Positions 59,237 through 64,000 of a DNA stretch of 64,000 nucleotides are shown one piece after another. The DNA comes from Nitrospirota bacterium (GTDB taxonomy: Bacteria > Nitrospirota > UBA9217): assembly GCA_963663225.1 (NCBI GenBank), contig OY760142.1, positions 1,696,001-1,760,000 on the forward strand, in the 5' to 3' direction. Under the pieces are notes generated by a model. It did not search any database. It saw only the letters and a program-made list of their open reading frames with translations, and was not told where the DNA came from. Within the stretch, counting starts at the first letter, position 1; each line of letters opens with the position of its first letter. The position numbers and the translations under genes are program-made.

Positions 59237-59559
59237 TTAACTTCTGCAGACCCCATATATATATTAGAGGCATCCATCCTTCAGAGAACCATCAGAAATT
59301 TTCCCCCCAGTAGAAGATTACGACGATCCAACCTCCGTACCGATCCGAATCCGCCGCCCGTTCTGTTCAGACCGACCACCTGCTCGAATCCAAAGCAACC
59401 GCTTGTTCCGATTTATGCTTTTCAGCTTATGTTTCTTACCAGGTGGAAATGTGTGAGGTCAAACTTCAAACTATACATGGCAGGTCTTTAATGAATCACC
59501 TACAATCCAAGCGTTAGCAAATCGTCAACAGCATAGCAGAATACCAGTTGTCTCTCACA

Positions 59560-59617
59560 CATGAACACGCAGGTGAGGAGCGTGTCTTTCGCGACTCACT
59601 CGACCCGGTCGTTGGTT
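59560..59617 (-). mobile_element. attC-like integron cassette recombination site
   Basis: Minus strand AACCAAC-GAC-CGGGT(C)GAG(T)GAG...CTC-CTCACCTG-CGT-GTTCATG: 58 bp, AAC/GTT ends, unpaired spacer and a paired L box with extrahelical bases. Confidence 0.7.
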
Positions 59618-59656
59618 TGTTGTCCGTTTATCTACTATGGTTTATTTGTCACGCTC

Positions 59657-60028
59657 TCAGGTGCTTGGCTTGATATCTTTCCGCTTTATCCTTCTCATTA
59701 TGAATCCAGCAACAATACTGACTATGATCAGCAGAACGAGCAAATAACTGACAACAACATAAATTTTCCCGGCCTCTATTACGATGTCGCGACCGACATA
59801 AGGATCGAGAATTTCTTCTATTAATCCGTAAAAATAGAATGCAGCAATCGCTCCGGGTAACCATAATAGACGCGGTTTATAACGCGCAGACAAGAAACAT
59901 AAAACAGCACCTGCGAAGCCCCATATCAAGTTGGTTAATAATGTTGGTTCCTTATCCATAACTTCGGCTTGTGCAGGGCTGGACAATGCAAGGAGACAAA
60001 CAAATATTTGGAGGTAAACAGTTCTCAT
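59657..60028 (-). CDS. Hypothetical membrane protein (gene-cassette ORF)
   Basis: Signal peptide AQA-EVMDKEP plus three hydrophobic segments and lower GC than its neighbours. Flanked by a core site and an attC-like site. Confidence 0.75.
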   Translation of the reverse strand: MRTVYLQIFVCLLALSSPAQAEVMDKEPTLLTNLIWGFAGAVLCFLSARYKPRLLWLPGAIAAFYFYGLIEEILDPYVGRDIVIEAGKIYVVVSYLLVLLIIVSIVAGFIMRRIKRKDIKPST

Positions 60029-60484
60029 TTTTTTCAAAACCAACCAGTCATTGAGCAGACCCCGTATGTTAACGCGCATATCTACGGGGTCTATTTAACA
60101 CTGCAAAATGTGTGCATAGTTAGGTGGTATAGACTTCTGATTAATTTATTGCAAGATTATGTTACGAATATAGGCTTTCTACTGTTCTCTGCCAACGATG
60201 TTGAGACAGCTTTTCAGGAAGTGTTTTCAGTTTCGGGATGAAACATACAATCCGGTGTAGCTGATTAAAACAAGAAGTACAGGAAGCAAATTATTTATTA
60301 AAGAATATATCACGATATGCATATTCCAACAAGTATATATTGGACAGAAGTGGCGAGGATGTCTTCATGCGCCTGGGAGCAAGATGGAGTATTATTGATT
60401 TATTGAATAATATGGTCACTTCACGCGAGAAACCGCGATGTGGGTGTGTGAAAAGTCAAAAGCCGGGTTGTAACAGCGATACGG

Positions 60485-60946
60485 CTATGGCATCTTGAAT
60501 TCTTTGCCTGCCATGCGTACGGTCAGCACCGGGCAAGGCGCTTTTCGGACGACCTTCTCGGCGGTGCTCCCAAAAAGCACATGGTCCATTCCCGTTCTCC
60601 CGTGGGTCCCGATGACGATCAGATCGGCATTCGTCTCTCTTGCCGTCCTGATGATTTCGACAAAAGGCATGCCGCGGACGACTATCTTCTCAACCGTCTT
60701 CACTTTCGCGGCAATTTCGTCACCCAGGGCGTCTATTTCCTTCCCGGCATTTTTTTCCAGGTCCTCCAGCAGTTCCGCAACGGAAAGCGAAGAGGGGATA
60801 AACCATTCCGCCACGCTGATATCCTGAATGACGTGGAGCAGAATCAGCTTTGCATTGTAATCCTGCGCGAGCGAGATGACGTGGTCCATTGCTACACGCG
60901 CGCCACGAGAGAAATCCGTCGGATAAAGAATGGTTTTGATTTCCAT
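60485..60946 (-). CDS. Universal stress protein (UspA family)
   Basis: ILYPTDFS and DLIVIGTHGRTG....FGSTAEKVVR.APCPVL motifs. Confidence 0.95.
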   Translation of the reverse strand: MEIKTILYPTDFSRGARVAMDHVISLAQDYNAKLILLHVIQDISVAEWFIPSSLSVAELLEDLEKNAGKEIDALGDEIAAKVKTVEKIVVRGMPFVEIIRTARETNADLIVIGTHGRTGMDHVLFGSTAEKVVRKAPCPVLTVRMAGKEFKMP

Positions 60947-61330
60947 GCCGGCCTCCTTGGGGCAAATGTCACTATGCCGTTAAAAAGCAGCCATACTGCC
61001 TCTGAGTCGATTTTTTTTAAGTATAGCGAGTGCGGGAATTATTGTCAAACCAACCTTAATCAACGAAGGACGATAAATCAACCGGCATTTCCCCGCACCT
61101 GAAGCATTCGGCAATGTGTCGAAAAAATCAATATGCAATTAAGAATAATTAAAATTCTTTTATGAATTTCTGCTTGACCGGATGGTGGTATTGACATACA
61201 ATGACTCACATCTGTTGCCGCAGGATAAAAATTACCTATAACACGGCGCTTCACATTGTCGTCGGTTCCGCGGTATGATTTGCTTTTGTGCCGTTGTTGC
61301 ATTATCTTTTTTCGGGGCTGCCGCTATTCT

Positions 61331-61954
61331 ATGAAAATTGTAATCGTTGAAGACGACCCTCTTCTCATTGAGAGCCTTCCCTTGCTTTTAACAGGGGTTG
61401 AAGGAATAACCGTGACCGGTGCTTTCCGGTCGGCTGAGGAAGCCGTCAAGGGACTGCGAAATGCGGACCCGGAGATCATGATCACGGACATCGGACTTCC
61501 CGGCATGTCGGGAATAGACCTTATAAAAAAGGCAAAAGAAAGCATGCCGAAGCTTGAAATAATCGCCCACACGGTTTTTGAAGACAGAGAAAGAGTTTTC
61601 TCTGCAATAAAAGCAGGCGCTTCGGGGTATGTGCTCAAAGGAAGCAGTCCGCGGGAGCTTATCGATTCCATTTATGAGCTTCATAATGGCGGCGCGCCGA
61701 TGAGCCCGAAAATTGCGCGAAAAATCATCCGGGAATTTCAGGATGAAGCTGCCGGCGAACAGTTCCTGCTGACACAGCGCGAAACGGAAATTGTCAAACT
61801 GATCGAAGAGGGGCTTACGTATAAAGAAATTGCTGAAAGATTGGGGATCAGCAGCCACACGGTGCATACGCATATCAAGCATACCTACGAAAAACTGCAG
61901 GCAAAAAATCGGAGCGATGCCATTTACAAGGCAAGGAAAAAAGGAATTCTTTAG
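61331..61954 (+). CDS. NarL/LuxR-family response regulator
   Basis: IVIVEDD, TDIGLPGMSG, GASGYVLK and LTQRE...TVHTHIK..YEKL. Confidence 0.93.
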   Translation: MKIVIVEDDPLLIESLPLLLTGVEGITVTGAFRSAEEAVKGLRNADPEIMITDIGLPGMSGIDLIKKAKESMPKLEIIAHTVFEDRERVFSAIKAGASGYVLKGSSPRELIDSIYELHNGGAPMSPKIARKIIREFQDEAAGEQFLLTQRETEIVKLIEEGLTYKEIAERLGISSHTVHTHIKHTYEKLQAKNRSDAIYKARKKGIL

Positions 61955-62143
61955 CAAAAAGTTGCAATCAGTTGCTTTTTCGTTTGATTTACCTAGCTTC
62001 CATTTCATCTAGCCAATCCGCATCTTTCCTGCGCTCTAATCTCAGTTGCTACCCGAAAAATACCCAGTATTGGGTATTTACAACTCCACGGATGAAAGGT
62101 ATTGTGTAGGCGTTTATGCTTTTCACGCAAAGCGGGAGGGGCC

Positions 62144-62341
62144 ATGGAATTTTACAGCACGTATCTGGTTCGTATTTGCCGCCGGGATGAAAATGCCGAT
62201 TCTCTTATTCTGGGGACAATTGAAGAAATAGGGACAGAGGGCAGGGGCAGTGCCACGTTTACTAACTTTAAAGAACTCCAGAGTCTGCTCAGCATGGAAA
62301 AAGCAAAAGCCGCGCGAATGAAGCTGAGATATCCTGATTAA
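62144..62341 (+). CDS. Small hypothetical protein
   Basis: GGGAGG RBS and a Y.VRI.RR....G.IEE.G.....F....EL pattern, 65 aa. Confidence 0.6.
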   Translation: MEFYSTYLVRICRRDENADSLILGTIEEIGTEGRGSATFTNFKELQSLLSMEKAKAARMKLRYPD

Positions 62342-62526
62342 ACCGGAGTACTGTCGCATCATGGATGTCCGGCTCATATCGTATCCCTCCTAATGACAAT
62401 TTTCTGATGATATCGGCGCAAGAGCCTCACACGACTCAAGCGCCATTTTTTTTCGCTGTTCCTCATCATAAAGACTTGCAAAAAAACGATTGACAATTTC
62501 AAAACAGGCTGTTATAAAGTACACCT

Positions 62527-63468
62527 ATGCTTCAAGCCACCGAAAAAATATGGATGAACGGCACGTTCGTCAACTGGAATGATGCCAACGTGCATGTGTT
62601 GACCCATTCGCTGCACTATGCCACTGCGGTATTCGAAGGAATCCGGTGCTATAAGACCGGCAACGGCCCAGCTGTTTTTCGCCTGCAGGAGCATGTTGAC
62701 CGTCTTTTCGATTCCGCGCATATCATGCAGATGGAGATGCCGTTCACCCGCGAAGCGATTGCAGAGGCAATACTCGAAACCATTCGCGTCAACAAGATCG
62801 ACGCATGCTACATCCGTCCTCTTGTTTATATTGGTTACGGAGCCATGGGGGTTTATCCCAAGCAGAACCCTGTTCAGGTTTCCATTGCAGTCTGGCCGTG
62901 GGGCAGCTATCTGGGCGACGAGGGGATGAAAAACGGAATTCGGGTGAAAATTTCATCCTACATCAGGCCGCATGTCAATTCCGCGATGGTCCGCTCAAAA
63001 ACCACGGCAAACTATGCGAACTCCCTGCTGGCAAAACGCGAAGCGCTGAAAGACGGCTATGATGAGGCCATGCTGCTTGACACCGAAGGCTATGTTGCCG
63101 AAGGCAGCGGTGAAAATGTGTTTATTGTGCGGAAAGGTTTGATAAAAACTCCGCCGCTCACCTCGATCCTGGAAGGTATTACCAGGGATTCAATTATACA
63201 GCTTGCCGCTGAACGCGGCATGCGTCTGGTAGAGGAGCGTTTCACCCGCGATGAACTCTTTATAGCGGATGAGGCGTTTTTTACCGGAACAGCGGCTGAA
63301 ATCACGCCGATCCGCGAAGTGGACAACCGGATTATCGGCAAAGGTTCGCGCGGTCCGGTCACGCAGGAACTGCAGTCCGCTTTTTTTGACATTGTGTACG
63401 GCAAAGACAGCCGTCATGAAAACTGGCTTACGCATGTTTCAGCGAAGCAGTCGGTTGCAAAAAAATAA
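62527..63468 (+). CDS. ilvE: Branched-chain amino acid aminotransferase
   Basis: LHY...VFEGIR, YIRPL, EGSGEN.F, LEGITR and GTAAEITP motifs. Confidence 0.97.
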   Translation: MLQATEKIWMNGTFVNWNDANVHVLTHSLHYATAVFEGIRCYKTGNGPAVFRLQEHVDRLFDSAHIMQMEMPFTREAIAEAILETIRVNKIDACYIRPLVYIGYGAMGVYPKQNPVQVSIAVWPWGSYLGDEGMKNGIRVKISSYIRPHVNSAMVRSKTTANYANSLLAKREALKDGYDEAMLLDTEGYVAEGSGENVFIVRKGLIKTPPLTSILEGITRDSIIQLAAERGMRLVEERFTRDELFIADEAFFTGTAAEITPIREVDNRIIGKGSRGPVTQELQSAFFDIVYGKDSRHENWLTHVSAKQSVAKK

Positions 63469-63539
63469 TCAACCAGATCCGGGAATAGTCGGCTGTGCAT
63501 GACCATTCTTGGTTCTTTACGATCATTCAGTAAGCACGT

Positions 63540-63624
63540 GCCGAAGTGGTGGAACTGGTAGACACGCACGTTTGAGGGGCGTGTGGGGCAACCCATGGGG
63601 GTTCGAGTCCCCCCTTCGGCACCA
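63540..63624 (+). tRNA. tRNA-Leu(GAG)
   Basis: GCCGAAGTGGTGGAACTGGTAGAC...CACGT-TT-GAG-GG-GCGTG, variable arm, GGTTCGAGTCC...TTCGGCACCA. Confidence 0.97.
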
Positions 63625-63789
63625 TTTTAACATTACAACTCCCAAGCAGTGAACAAAGATATATTACCTGCCTACCCTAGAAGATAATAAAAATAATCTA
63701 ACGCTTTTCTCTATACTTCAAAAGCATCTATGAGAGGGATCCTTCGTTTTTGACATCGTTCTCTTTTTAAATTGTTTAACCATTGTTCC

Positions 63790-63902
63790 AGTCACTGTAC
63801 TTCTTTTCAATTCAGAAAAACCTATATGGAGATGCTCATTTTTCTGCTAACTTCCCGTACCGGTGTTTTTGTCCCCACCTGCCTAAGAGTAAATGCAATC
63901 TG
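63790..63902 (-). pseudogene. Degraded IS3-family transposase OrfA remnant
   Basis: Minus-strand translation QIAFTLRQVGTKTPVREVSRKMSISI*VFLN*K resembles the IS3 OrfA HTH pattern QIAFALKQAE.GTPV.EVCRKMGISE.TFY.WK and has internal stops. Confidence 0.65.
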
Positions 63903-64000
63903 ATACGTATTCTCAGTTTCTTAATGCCTGAACTTCTTCGCTAAAACTTATTTTGGAAAAATCTGTTACTTTTACTGAGGCAGGTTCAAGGAAGATGTTA

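Noticed and set aside
59280-59430. Possible RAYT/Y1 transposase C-terminal remnant on the minus strand
   Set aside because: The resemblance (GGGFGSV...LLGENF) is short, needs a frameshift, and cannot be supported without a search.

Overview
A 64-kb chromosomal window from a diderm bacterium. Gene content and style suggest an anaerobic Nitrospirota or Desulfobacterota-like organism, which is inference only. Housekeeping blocks are the split transketolase, ftsE-ftsX-envC-ctpA, CIRCE-groES-groEL, coaX, galT, ilvE, the iorA-iorB-paaK operon and two tRNA-Leu genes; accessory loci lie between them. The main observations not shown by the ORF track are: (1) two probable selenoproteins hidden by in-frame TGA codons, a YeeE/YedE-type membrane transporter (41960-42922, RF-U in place of RF-C, third conserved Cys replaced by Asp) and an ArsS-type radical SAM enzyme (47817-48770, GSS-U-VGAVA), each followed by a SECIS-like hairpin; (2) a two-gene surface system behind a sigma54-type promoter, made of a ~2500-aa repeat adhesin with 11 Lys/Asp/Asn isopeptide-type domains and a 1424-aa OmpA plus large beta-barrel partner; (3) an Fe-S L-serine dehydratase homologue with a twin-arginine leader; (4) a solitary, apparently complete integron gene cassette with no integrase; (5) several genes that look leaderless or nearly so. 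No CRISPR array or rRNA was seen. All family assignments come from motif recognition by eye, not database searches.
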